This document shows, one piece after another, positions 13,322-26,456 of a stretch of DNA of 64,000 bases. The notes under the pieces were generated by a model. It did no database searches, was not told the DNA's origin, and saw nothing but the letters and a program-made list of their open reading frames with translations. This DNA comes from Lepidodermella squamata (Eukaryota > Animalia > Gastrotricha). Both the position numbers and the translations under genes were made by a program. Position 1 is the stretch's first letter, and each line of letters starts with the position of its first letter. Where the stretch lies: positions 496,001-560,000 of the forward strand of contig JBLDXI010000012.1 of NCBI GenBank assembly GCA_047495785.1, given 5' to 3'.

Positions 13322-16283
13322 TTATAAACGAAATAAAGTAGCTGCAATGCCAACGAAATGTATCAGTTGAGATGGCGTGAAACTGTTGTTGCCTATTGCA
13401 CAAACGTCGTTGCTTTCATTTTTGTCTTTCGTCGCAGGGTTTGGCACGATCGCGGCACCACCGCCGTTGAATAGGAAGTAGGCCGCTTTTCGTTCTATCA
13501 GCTCGAATTCTTTTCTCCGATCGGAGAATTGATGCCGTAAGATGGCTATCGCAAGAGCTGTTGCCAAAAAGTCGTCCGTCGGCTGAAAGTTTACGGGGGG
13601 TTTGACTTTTGTGATTATGTCTAAGCAATATCGCCGCAATTCATTAACACCGAGATGACCGCTATTCGCCCCGAAAAATAGCCCGAATTTAGGAGACAAT
13701 TTCCACGACCCTGTCAGCCTCTGCATTGCAGCTAAACTTTCCATAGAACCTTTATGGCTGCCAGAAATCTATACGTAGAACAACAGTGCAAATTGATTGC
13801 ATTGAAGCGTTTCCCCCAACTTACGATCAAGTCATCCTCAGCTAAATTTGCAGTGCATTTGCAAGCTAAAACAGCCTGGGTTATCGCCCGCTTCATTCGG
13901 TCTGCTGGGTTGGTTCCGGTCGTAGTAGATCGCTCTCGCCCGAAATGATAGGCCACGCCGTCATCATCGACGTAATAACTAACCTAAATTGTACCGACAT
14001 TGAAACAAAAATGGATTCAAATTGAAAAACACCAACCTTCGATTCTGGAATTGCGAAAATTGCGGTGTGGTGCTTAATTGGATGGCCAGATTCAGCGTCA
14101 ACTGCAATGAAAGCCGTGAAATCACAAACGATGCCGGTCGAGGTCGAAATCGCCATCGCCTCCTTACGAAGCGTTTCTATTAACAATCCCGAACACATCG
14201 CTTCATTGCTTAGCTCATTAAGCCTCGCCTTAGCCGCAAGCCGGTGAACAGGCATGGCATCATCTGAAGTCGAAAGAGCAGTTGGTGGGCATACGAAGTT
14301 AGTTTGAAACGTAAACGGCTCTCCGGTGATATCGGCTTTTACATTGGAGCAACCATCGACCGTTGAACCGCTTTGATTTTCTATCAAAACGTATTGAATA
14401 ATCGGATAGCCTTGGAAAGCCCGCTTTGATAAACTGTTCGGCATCAGCCTCGCAACCCGATGACTTTTGAACGTCCAATCAAACTCAATGCTGTCAGCAA
14501 CCGGCGTCAGAGCAGTTTTGAGCAGCATGACCACACGTTCAGCAACTTTAGCCCCGGTGATTGCCGGGTGATTGGCCGGGTGATTTGTCGAGATGCCACC
14601 ACACCTAGCCAGGCCGTCGATTAACGTCGGGCTGACAGCGTCGCCCACACCAATGGTGAAAATTCGAGAGGAACTAGCATTTTTTGCTGCTAATGCTAGA
14701 ATTTCACTCGCATTCCCGACATCGCCGTTGAGAAGAAGAAAAATTTGATGATGGGACGAGCTTACAGGGCCAGCTGTTGTAGTTGTTGAGGTTGATTTGT
14801 TATTTTTTGCTGCCGGCGGCGTTTTACACTGCGAATAGATGTATTTAAGAGCTGGCAATAACTCAGCTCCAGAGCCTAAATCGGCCTTCAATTGAGACGC
14901 ATACTTCAATGCAGCAGATATGTTGCGTTCAGTATACCGAACCGGTCTGAAAAAGATCAATTCCATAAGTAAAACAGCTCAAATTAAAATGTGTTACTTG
15001 TTAGGGAAAAGCGTTGAAAACGTTGAGCCAAATCCAACTAAATTGAATTTGCACCCGAGCGGAAGACTTTTGACAAACAAAACCATCGCTGATTTTATCT
15101 GTTCCAACTTGGCGCTATCGATGGCCTCTGATTGCTCGAAAACGAACCAGAATTTATCATGATTAGGCTTGCCGATGAAGCTATTATTGCTGGCTATAGC
15201 TGCCTCGTCTAACAGAAATTTACCGGTTGATTGCGTCGCGTGCAATTTATTTTTGAAATTATCGCCACCTTCGCTGCTTTTGCGTCCGTTCAAATTGCTA
15301 ATAACTTCCGGCGCTTGCCGCTGCGGCTCGAACCAAGCGCCAGCTGCGTGAAATGACAACCATTTCGAGCAACCGGCAGATTTCGGCGGGATTCCCGGTT
15401 CAAAGAATATCATCGGTTTCCGAGTTTCAGCAGGTGTTATCAATAGTTCCAAATCGTGATCAGCCGCGTATGGCCCAGCCAAGGTGACTACGGCGATTTT
15501 GTTGCTTTCCGTGAATTGAACGCTTAGCTCATCGGTTGAATTCGCGGCAGCAATGCTAGCGATGCGGCTAGCGATTCCTAGACTGATTTTGGCTTCGAAA
15601 CCAATCGAGTAAGCCGAACCGGTCACGGAAATGTACGGGCAGTGGGGCGAATAGTTGAGGCGCTCTCGCAAGTCACCCTTTGCGTTAGGATCCTCGCCAC
15701 GGAATAGACTGACTTCAAAGTTTGGCACGTAGCGTGGATTGAAAACAGGAGGGATGATGAGCGAGAATACGCCGCTATCGAGATCACGTCCGATCGGTTG
15801 GACTATCCCAACTGTGATGATAGCTGATGCTTTTGGTTTGAGGTAGCCGAGCCATAACCGAACGGCTTCGGATGGCGGGTTGTTTTGATTTTCTAGCAGC
15901 ACCCCGTTGTAGCTCTGGTCGAAAGCATGTGAGTAAACCTCGATCGCTGTTTCACGGGACCGGCATTCGCCACGAATTTTCCGGCCATTCATCTCAGCCT
16001 CGAGCCGATAGACAGCAGCTATGCCCTTGGCCTCATCAATCGGAACAACAAATTGGCACTCAACAGCATCGGCCAGGTTATTTTCGTAGGTCAGGCACGC
16101 GATAATTGCGATTGCACTGCCCCGAACCTCGGCGAAAACCGCGACGTCCTTTAATGGAACGGGGAAAATCACACGATCAGGTTCAACGGAGCCGTTTTCA
16201 CTCTTGTTGCCGGTCGTCGGTTTAGTGTCTTTTGCTGCCGAAGAGCGCACCAAGCAGCCGACCAAGCCACAGTAGCTTGCCAT
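13322..16283 (-). CDS. VWA5A-like protein (VIT + vWA domains); spliced
   Basis: VIT segments (VPLKDVAV, YENN..AVECQFVVP, AVYRLEAEMNGRKIRG). vWA segments (FVKSLPLGCKFNLVGFGS, RIFTIGVGDAVSPTLIDGLAR). VHRLAAKARL, and C-terminal LATALAIA..EFELIERKA. Confidence 0.85.
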
Positions 16284-18915
16284 GAAAATTTCCTTTATAG
16301 TGGTAAAATTATTAAAAATAAATTCTGCTTATTAGAAAAAATGATTTAGGTCAACCTCTTTAATCCACGGCTTGTTTTTTTCTAATTACGATTGAAGGTA
16401 TCAAAGAATTAGCGATCAGAATGACTCGAGGGCACTCTACTTCTCTACTCGCCCGAGGCCAAGAAGCTTTTCTATTCACTAGCTAGTCAGACATCAACAT
16501 AGACTAATTGAAAGGCATTTAAAACGTGCTCTCCGTTTTTTTGGCACTAAAATTGGGCTGAGTTAACATAATAATACGTGAATAGAATAGCTTTTTTCAA
16601 GACGTTTGCTCGGGATTTCCGAGGTGGTGACGCGGAGCTTTGTTTTCCTAACCTTACGATATTCGCGGCGCATTAGCCTAATTTTTTAAAACCCAGACAC
16701 CTGTAAGAAAGTAAACTTCAGATTACACATGTTGTATAATTTTTCCAAGCTATTTCAAGAAATTTATGAAATTTAAGAGAGCGTTTTTTAAACAGGGCAT
16801 TAGCCCACAATCGATAGTAAAAAATGCATAATAGTCTAAATTTTAATATCTAAACGGGCTGCGCATCTGCACGAGACAAGATCGGGTCGCGCTTTAATTA
16901 TATCCAAGTTAAAAAATGGCCACATCCGGCGCTTAGATTCTTTCATTATCAGCTACCCTAGATTTTCCAAACAGGTTCGAAAAGATCACCGTACAGGCGA
17001 GCTTGTGATGAAAATAATTTCGTGCTATATATAGCGCGTATATACGCTTCGCGCCGAAATACCTGGGGGTTTTAGGTTTTTCAGATCGGAATCTTGGCTG
17101 CGTGTGTAGATGGGATCTCTGATAGTCGGTCTGGTTTTCTACAGCATTGGCAAGTTCATAACGCGCCGAGCGCTGCTAATGTTTTCCTAGCTTTAAGCTT
17201 TAATACCAATATTGATCACAAGATTGCGAAAATCGAATTTTACACAGTAATAAATGAAATTATATGCACCATGAAGTTCCGCGCTGAAAATACGAGAACT
17301 ACTGGCGGAGGAGAGACGCGCTCGAGTTGGCAAAAAGCCGTGCGCACCATTACCCACATTTTCCGTTTATTTTCCGCTAAAAAAACGCATAAATATTATA
17401 TTAACCCGCACACTTCGATATAATACATTTTATCAGAAACTTCCGCGAAAATATCCGACTCCTATTTACGCATCACCAGCTCCCGATTTTGGCGCCACGG
17501 TCAAATAGGCTTGAATAATAACATATAATAAGGCAAAGATGTCAAATGAATGGTAAAATTATTCGCATGTTACATCCAAGGTAATTTATGTATTCGTGCC
17601 AAAATAAACAAATGAATAAGTATTATTCTAGTTTCGGCTGTCGACGCGGGACTTTCTACCAAATAAGCGCCACTTTGACAATCCGCCAATTTCATTACTC
17701 AACATTTTTTCATCATTTTTTACAGCTGATATTGCTGTTATTACTATCATTATTATTATGGCCATTATTACAGCAGTTTGGAAGTAATAATATGATAATA
17801 CCTAGTTTTTTGTGTTCAGTTTATATTCACATTGAAACGAGCAGACGAGGCAAGCACTTTGTAGCTCGATCTTCCCCTGTGTCTGCGCCGCCGGGAGCTT
17901 GATCAAACAGGCTAATATAATGAAAAGCCTATATTGTGCTTTTCCGCCTATCAACATCGGACGCAGGATGTGTGTTCATTAAAGCGATTTTGATAAAAGT
18001 ATACATAGGTAATAGGTAACTATGTGAAGTTAAGAGAATGATCTTTTAATCTGCTCGGCGATTGGAATTAATTGGCGATTCGGATTTTTGATGATCTCAC
18101 CTGCGGTTGCTAAAAAAGTTGACAAAGGATGAGAGAATAGTCTTCGGAAAAATCTGTAGAATAATCCTGTTTAGCATGGAACCTGAGAGAATCTTTAGGC
18201 TGGGCTGCATGAATTGTCTTTTTGAATTGCAAGCGGCACGTTGCTTGACTGAAATAAACGCAAAATTTTCCCATTTTATCATTTTTTGTGGCGAAGAAAC
18301 TATCATCTGATGTGTGGGAGCGCCACACCAGACGTTGGCTTGTAGCCATGAAAAAAATAGGCCTATAAAAAGATCCTCTGAAGCCGCTATAGGTGATCAT
18401 GGCTCTTCTATAATAAATGCTTGAATTTTGTTTTAACGAAGGCGTAACGGAACTTATCAGCTTTCTCCTTCGCTCCGATTCGGCCATCTCTCGTAGACCC
18501 ACCGCACGATTTATCTGTGATTATATTTTGTAGACTCGTTATATTCCGAGAGCGAAGACCCCGTGAGTGGCGGAGAGCGAGATGGAAATGAAAAAGGTGA
18601 GCACTCAGGGGAGATTGACTCGCCTGTTCTCATCATCGATGAATTAAATTCTAATTTGTACATGTCGCCTATGTGTATGTGTTGACGATAAGCACTAACT
18701 GATCCCTCGGATAAAAAGTAGAAGAATCAGCCCGCGCACCGAAATTCGCTCGAAGGCGTGCAGCGCTGCAGCTAATCTTGCCAAATGTTTAAATTGATTC
18801 GAGCTAATCTATCACTAAAAATATCAAGTCTCGCTGAAGTACTATAGTATAGTCCTTATAGAAGCGAAAAACCCGCGTCAATATTTTAACTTCGACCATG
18901 ATTTCGATGTGAGCG

Positions 18916-19975
18916 ATGCTTTTCCGTCGAGTGAGCGACGCGTCGCTTTCCCTTCTCGTAGTTAGCCACTACTACATTGTATCATTCTTACCATCCTTAG
19001 CTGGCTCAGCCAGCCTTCATATCGGCAACAGCAATCGCAACAGGCAACAGCGCCAACGACAAAATCAACCTGCCAATAACCGTAGAAACCCTGTCACTCA
19101 TTTTCCTCAGTTTTGGATGCCATCTACTACTGTTACTACTCAAGCTACAACCACAATTACACCATCAATTATAACTGTCACTCGGGCTTCAACGTCATTC
19201 CCAGTCAACGCCATGTTGGTGGCGGCTGTCAGAAAGTTAGGAATGACGCCAGATCAATTGAATGACAAAACAGCTGAGAAACTGCTGCTTCGTGTGATCA
19301 CAAATCAGGTGATAGAAAGCGTCCACAGCCGAGGTGGTTGCCCAGATACTTGGGAAAAGTCTATGTGTGACAATCAGCCTTCAACTTTTTACCTATGGCT
19401 CCGAGAGCTGCGCGAACAAGAAGTTCGCAATCAGGTAGCGAAAGGTAAGTACTCGTAAAAAGTTACTCAAATTTCACGGGTCAATTTCTTTTGTTTAATT
19501 AGCTGCTAAAGATTTATTCGAATCAATAATGCAAGAACGAGAAAAGCAAAGCGAAGGATCTATGACTAAGACTTTGGTTGAGATGATAAAAAGCCGGCAA
19601 AATGTCAGAATTCCTCAAATACCCCGCCCCAATATCACTGCAGTCCTAGTCGATCAACAGTCTACTTCAACTTCAACTCAGCAACCATCTATCAGCCATG
19701 CAGTGAAGCTGAAAAGCTCGAAAAATATGCAGGATCCGTCTGTTGCCTTCAGCAGCAAAACAGTCATTCCTCTCGCGAGTGATGCACCGTCACTGTCCGT
19801 GGCTTCATCGGCGTCGAATTCACCCAGGCATAGCGGGGCGGAGACGGTGGCAAAGGCGCTGAAAACGGGAATTTCACTGGTCTCGACATCTTCGCATCAA
19901 CACTTTCACTCTGATTGGGCTTTGACGTTAGCCTCCGGGCTCTTAACTATTTTTCTACCGCTTTTCTGTTTATGA
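18916..19975 (+). CDS. Secreted CX8C-helix family member 1 (333 aa; exons 18916-19444, 19503-19975), with Ser/Thr-rich regions and a hydrophobic, GPI-signal-like C-terminus
   Basis: Hydrophobic N-terminus; core CPDTWEKSMCDNQPSTFYLWLRELREQE; phase-1 gtaagt...ttag intron keeps frame; ends WALTLASGLLTIFLPLFCL*. Confidence 0.8.
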
Positions 19976-22399
19976 TAATGAATAAGGGAGTTTGAGACTA
20001 GGCAGAGTTTTTGCAGATTTTATGACAACGGAAGTAAACAAAGTTACACTTATAGTCTATCGACAGTTTTTGATTTTTTTTTAAGGGGACAGAGGGTCCT
20101 ATTTGCAAACACGCTAACGGAAATCGGGCGGAGATTCAGGGACAAATTAATAACTTTTATTGCGTGCATATATTGACCGATAAATGTCGAAGGTGATTAT
20201 TCAGGCGTGACATAATGGTTGACCTTTAACAATTGAAATTTAAGTGAAGACTACAACATGGATAAGAACCCATTCATCCCAACATCCTTGCGACGAGGCG
20301 TCTGTAAAAGTTTCCTTTTTTGAGTGGGCATTATATTGGCTGAATAAAGTATAACACGGGCGTCCACTGATTCACTCGCATACACTTGCACAAATGTCTG
20401 GTTCCCCGGAAGCTGGGGCGAATCGCCAAAACGACCATGGCGCTACACTTTTTCGTTGCTCCGCTCGCACGCAGAACAACACAAAGCAGGATTCGACCAC
20501 GCGATCCCCTGTGCTAAACTGTCCCCAGACTAGTTTCACTTTTAAATGAACATTCTTTTCATAGAAGCATATCCACGAGTTACTGCCTTGAATTGATCGA
20601 GCCGAATACTACCCTAAACCCTAATTATATAAATAGCATTCCCCGAAAATCTCCCGACTCATTTAAAACTCATTTAACCTCATTTAAAATAGCTTCTAGT
20701 GCTAGCCTATGGCAATAAAATAGGATGGAATAATTGATTCGCCACCAAAATGATTGCTAGCTTAGCTATGGATGCGCATCCCATTATCAAGAACGAGGCT
20801 GGCCGAAATTTGCCCCAGTTTGGAAACAGGAACGCGTTGGTTTGACCGTAGCTTTAGGGCAACTTGAAGGATTGAACTTGAATAATAAGAATCGGCGTAC
20901 GGCTGCTTGCTCTATATATAGTCAACCACTTTTATTGCACTCATCAAATAAAAGCCTTATTGAAAAACGCAAATTCCTTTGGAACATAGCTTTTATTGGA
21001 CACGGGGCCTCTCCTTGGTACACGCTCTTGGGTTGCGCGACGTAATCTTTATTCATCCTTTCTTTGCGTTAATTGCACCATAGCATCTGGAAACGTGTAA
21101 TTTCTTTCTCGGTTGCATATAGTAGGTAGAAGTCACTGGTGTCACCTCTTAGCCCAAGACTGTGATGAGATCAATGACCTATATTCTCATTAGCTCGAGA
21201 TAAGAGTTATATAAATCATTGGCCAAATCTCAAAATTTGTTGACATTTTTGATTGATCAAAATTATACCATTCCTCGATCTCCCAAGAGCCTAAACATTT
21301 CTCCATTCAATCTCTGTGTATATTATTTTCGAGAGTTACGGTATTATACTTTTTGAATGGCAATAATTTCGATTGCGATTGCGTGGTAAGAGACAGTGCG
21401 TAGGATTCAGATAGTCAAACCGGGCCGGAAGTTCGCATAAGAAAAGCTGCAGTAAAATGTTATGACATTAATCGTTTACTACCACTACAAAACTACTATA
21501 TTACATACGTTGAATAAAGCTAAATTTAATATTCCGTGGGGAGATGCAGGAAGCTTTTAGCGGGGTCGACATAACGATGCACGACATTTCCGCGAAATTT
21601 GAACAATTGAACCGCTTTCGATCACTCCAAGTTGAAAGCAAGGATCTTCTGCGAAGAGTTGTTACGCATGGTCAACCAGCCTGTCACATGAGGGTGTGAC
21701 ATTAAATGAGTCTAGCAGCCTCTAATTGCGGTATTATCCTTCAGACCTGAGTTTTTTTCCAGGGTTAACATGACGCAAAACTGCCGCCCGTTAAACCGTT
21801 AATTATTACAATGAAAATTGATCGACGGCTTATATGACAAGATAACCGAAGTCAAGGCTAAATTTAGGTTAGTTGCCGGGTAGCTCTTCTCTCGTTGTGA
21901 TTTCTTTTTTCAATCTCAGCTTTCTTATCCTGATTTCACAGCCTCACATTTTTAATTTTAGATCATAGCCCTTTTTCGAAATCACTGATCTTTGTTTATT
22001 TTTCGGCCAGGACCTCTGATGAATCAGGCGTCCATAGTTTCACTATTTTTCGCAGGCCCTTAGAGCTTAGAGCTATCCTTATGATTCCTCCGCCCCTTTC
22101 TTCTAAAATTAGTTTAACAAAATTTACGCACGTCCTACTTTTTCCTCTATGGAAATGCCTTGGAAAAGGTGGGGAAACTCGCTCCAAATAAAATTATAAA
22201 CAAAATTACCAGCGTAGTCCAGACGCCAGAAATCACGTATGCGTGAGCGATTCTGCTAGATATGTACCATATACGTTTCAAAAATCCTATTTAAGTGCGC
22301 ATACCGGATGCCATATCGGAAATTGTGTAAAAATTTCCACTTCTTCACTCCCAATACATATTTTGAATTTTTACGTATAGTCAATTTTATTCGGCTAAA

Positions 22400-23154
22400 A
22401 TGCAGCATGTGGAACCTTTAATTCTGTTGTCGGCGTTTCTGATGGTCGAAGGGCATAACAAACACACCAATGTCAGGGCTAGGAAAGCGCCATCCCTGTC
22501 GACTACGACCATGGAAATGACTAAGCTCGCGGCGGAATCCGAGTCAGTTAATGGGGATAAAATCGACAACGACTCGATCATAATTTTACCTGGTCAACCA
22601 CCTGTTAACAACAAATCGGCTAAAAACAATAAGCAGGTCAATATGAGCAAGGAAGATCGGAATGCCCTACTTCTATTAGATAAAGCGGCCTTGGGGAAAT
22701 TGTCCCTGAGCGGAGACAAACTGCGGCAAATTCTCGAAGGTGAGCAGTGGATAAATTTCTCGCGTAGTATTATAATCATTTCGTTATTATTACAGCTACA
22801 GATGAGTCGTTCGATCGAAAGCAATTTATTCAAAAAGTCGCGAGTTTTATCCGCGAGCATCTCGCCCACAGTAAATGTCCCAAGTCTGTGCCGTTGGATT
22901 TCTGCATCCGGGAGCCAACGGTGTTCTTTCTCGGACTGAAGCAAATAAAGGCTAATCAACAATCGGTTGAACTTCACGATCAAATTTACACTCTGCTGAA
23001 AGCAATTTTATCCGAAAAGAACAAGCGACCTCCTTCAAGTCAGGCCAATAGGGACAGGAAATCATCCCATAGAAGGGCTCGTAGAACGACATCCATACCG
23101 GTAATATCAAGCACGCCATCAACCATTAGTAATAATAAATCCGATCATCCGTGA
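22400..23154 (+). CDS. Secreted CX8C-helix family member 2 (232 aa; exons 22400-22739, 22796-23154), divergent, with a basic tail
   Basis: Signal-like MQHVEPLILLSAFLMVEG. Splicing gtgagc...tacag yields SKCPKSVPLDFCIREPTVFFLGLKQIK. Tail RKSSHRRARR. Confidence 0.75.
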
Positions 23155-25378
23155 ACAGATGAAAAAAAATTGTGTCACTAAGTTTATACGTGTTGTCGAT
23201 ATTAAAAGAAATGGATATCGTTCGCATTTTACATGATATTGTTTTAGCGGAAATGATCATTAAAAAAAGCTTTTTATCCCAGATGATTTCCTTTTAGCCG
23301 GAAGTACAGAGCTATTCTAAAAGCGATGGACTCTATCTATACACGCCCATTCAGAAACAGGGAATTTTGCTTTCATGCAGCGGAAGAATAATCATTTCTG
23401 GTAATTTTGTAAATTTTGCTCAACATCCAAATGTATGTAGAGCAAAAAGACGCCTGAATGCTGATTGTATTACGAACTTCTGAAGCTAATCAGGCATGAA
23501 GCTGAAGGCAATTAAACAGTTTTTTTTAGACTGGGAGACTTCCCTTCGTTTTCACCCAGGGCATATAGCAGGGACGAAATAGGCATAAAAGTACTGCCCA
23601 AATGACGCCATATCCTGTCTAAGAATGAAGAAGAATCTGCTAGTGTGGAAATGACTGTTATTGCCGCAGTCGCAAATCAGGCTCTGGCAAAAAATTTATT
23701 AGTTAATTACGGCGGGAATTCGAGTTACGACACTATGCGCTCCCATGGGTTCGGCAATCATCACACGTCGACAAAATAATTTATTAATTGCATCCTCGCG
23801 TGAAACCTGTTTACCCCGTTTCAAGTTCCGACACTTTTAGGGGTAATTTTCGCGCCCAAGTATCGATTAGGTTCGTGTTCTACGCATTTTTAATCCATCC
23901 GATCACTTGTGAAAAGGTCCATTCATATTAACCACGCTTTTATTAATCTCATTTGACTCGATTCCTTGTCATTATGTCCTAATAATTCGCATGACCTTTT
24001 TCAAATGTTATTCGGTCCCAATTTGAGACCGTCTGCAAAAAAGCGATAAAATGTTATTTAGGATTTGTCTTCTGTAGATTAGGAAGTATAATGTTTGGGT
24101 AAATTTTGAGCCCGGATTAGGCTGTAGCTTCGAATTGGAGTCGATTAGCATACTTTCTAGGTTAAGGTTAGGGTTAGGTTTAGGTGTGGGCCGCCAGGAA
24201 ATGGACTGCCAACTTCCAATAGCTTAAGGAGGCTGCACACAAAGGTTTTTTGATTGTGAATCACTGCCCTATTGTTCGAGTTTTTATTGCTTTTCTAGCG
24301 GACGGTCTCAATTACTTTGAAGTACAGCTAGAATTTTCATTAAATTTTAAATGTCCCAGGGCTATTGGTCAATTTTTGAAACTGCCAACTATACTTTGGA
24401 CCAACTTGGGGGCCATGATTCGTATACAATTCAAAGTGCGCAGCAATAGTCATCAAGTGTCCTTCACTCTTCACGCTTTCATTGATGAATAACATCGCGA
24501 AACATTAGCTCTTTATCGCCTACGTCATATTCTCGCATATAAGAAAAACATCGATTCGATTGCGTTGAGAGAGAGCGCGAAATGCCTATGGTGCGCACTG
24601 ATTCGGGTTTTTAACCTTTATACGACTCGTCCCTTGGCGTAGAAGCACAGGCCTCTTGAGGCGTGCCGTATAGCTGAGGCTGATTTGGAAACTCAATGAC
24701 CAACATTTTTATGTTACAGCCAATTTCCGCCAATAGCTGTTGTTAGTCTCCAACTTTTGGTTCAGAACGCGCTGATTTATTTTAGAATCAATTTACGTTC
24801 GCCTCGCACCTCGTGGATCGGAACAGTGCCGTAGGTATCGCTCGAATTAGAGGTCTCGGTCCGCATTAGGCATCTTAGACCACCTACTCAAAACTTGTAC
24901 CCGAAATGCTATAAAACAATAATTTACCTATAGCGTCAGCCCTTTGTCGCGTCCGATCCAGAATTTCTCTTTTGTAAGGCGCAGGACAATTATAGTTTTG
25001 AACTAAGTCTTGTAAACCAAGAAGTATATAGAGACAAGATCAAGAATGTCTCACGTAGGAAAGGCGCGAGCTAATTACGGGAGAGCATCTAAATTTTTTC
25101 TTAACGAGACGCGCATGATACCGCAGTACGTGTCACCCTGGGGAAGATGTACATAGTCAGGGGTCTATCAGCCCTCATGTGACCGAGGAATGTAGTGTTT
25201 TTCAGTGTTTTTCTAATTTAAATATTATCTACCCGCCTCGCAAGTGTCTATAATTTCAAAATGTCGGCTTATATTTCGAATTCCATCAATTTAATTTCAC
25301 TTAAAGTTACCTACTCGCTTTTCTGTGAAGCTCAGAGCCAAAAATTATAAGAATTTGTTTCATATGATTTTCTTAGAT

Positions 25379-25986
25379 ATGCTACCGGATAATTTGACAA
25401 TTTTAGCTGCGGCTTTCCTTCTAGCTGCCGTTGACTACCAATGTATTGCAGCTGAGGAAATTTCCGCGGATGAAATAGCCGACAGCAAGGCCTTTGCGAA
25501 GCAGTTACTCCTGGCTCGACCATCAGCAGCACCGCCGGCTTCCATCAACTCTCAAGCGCTAACTCAGCTGATGACTGCACTTGCAAATAGGCTGATTGCT
25601 GAGCAAACGGCCGCGGCTAAAAATTCCGACTACTGCCCGGAGACATTCACGCCGCAAATGTGTAGCCAACTACGGCAGAAGGGTTCATTTTACATCTGGC
25701 TGCATCAGCTTCGAGATCAGACCATTCGACAAGAAGGTAAAATTTCGGCTTTAATTATTGCGCTAATTTGAAGTGAAAATTCCATTATTTTCTAGCCTCC
25801 GAGAGTGCGAAGAAAATCATAGTCCAATTGATAAAAATGAACAATGCGACGCGGAACGTACCAACTGCATCGGCAACGAAGCCACCAGTCAGCCTTAATT
25901 CGTCGAATCTGGCCGCGTTTCTTAAAGCACCGCCTACTAAGGAGAAAAAACAACAACAGCGTTCACGTCGGCGTCTTAACAAGTAG
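25379..25986 (+). CDS. Secreted CX8C-helix family member 3 (182 aa; exons 25379-25736, 25796-25986), with a basic tail
   Basis: Signal-like MLPDNLTILAAAFLLAAVDYQCIA; core CPETFTPQMCSQLRQKGSFYIWLHQLRDQ; ends QRSRRRLNK*. Confidence 0.8.
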
Positions 25987-26456
25987 CGATATATCTATTG
26001 AGTGAATAGTTTGGATTGTCATCGTTGAAATTAGAATACCTACTTGGAGTTGTTCTGAAAGATAGAGGGGCGGGTTTTATATCGAGGCAAGCCTTGTTTG
26101 TAATGATTTTATATCGTTTTTTGCGCTTCATATGACCAGTAAAATTTTCACGTGCGCTTTATATTCTTCTCTGTGAAAATTGAAATCAATAATTTATAAG
26201 GAACATTCTAGAAGTTTATGCCCATGGGCGTTAATATTCGCTTTCAAGATGGCAAAAGGTCGGTGCTGGAAATTCCCAAAATTAGTTTTTTAATTGAAGA
26301 ATTGCTAATCCATTTTTTACGGTGGATTTTTTATTTTTGAGTTTTGAGTTTTGTTATAAGTCGGATTTATTTTCAACAATTTTTTATCCACGTATTTTTG
26401 TAATTTTTTTGTACAATAAAGATCGAAATATAAGTAGGGTAAACCCCCCATTTTAC

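Noticed and set aside
18467-18495. Minus-strand GAGAGATGGCCGAATCGGAGCGAAGG resembling a tRNA 5' half
   Set aside because: No T-loop/B-box or closing acceptor stem follows.
17094-18502. ORFs 17094-17423, 17588-17902 and 18110-18502 in the spacer before family member 1
   Set aside because: No recognisable motifs or coherent exon chain, and no CX8C module seen.
24157-24184. Telomere-like TTAGG(G) run, with a shorter CCCTAA run at 20611-20624
   Set aside because: Only a few degenerate units; too short to call an interstitial telomere or to pair as element ends.
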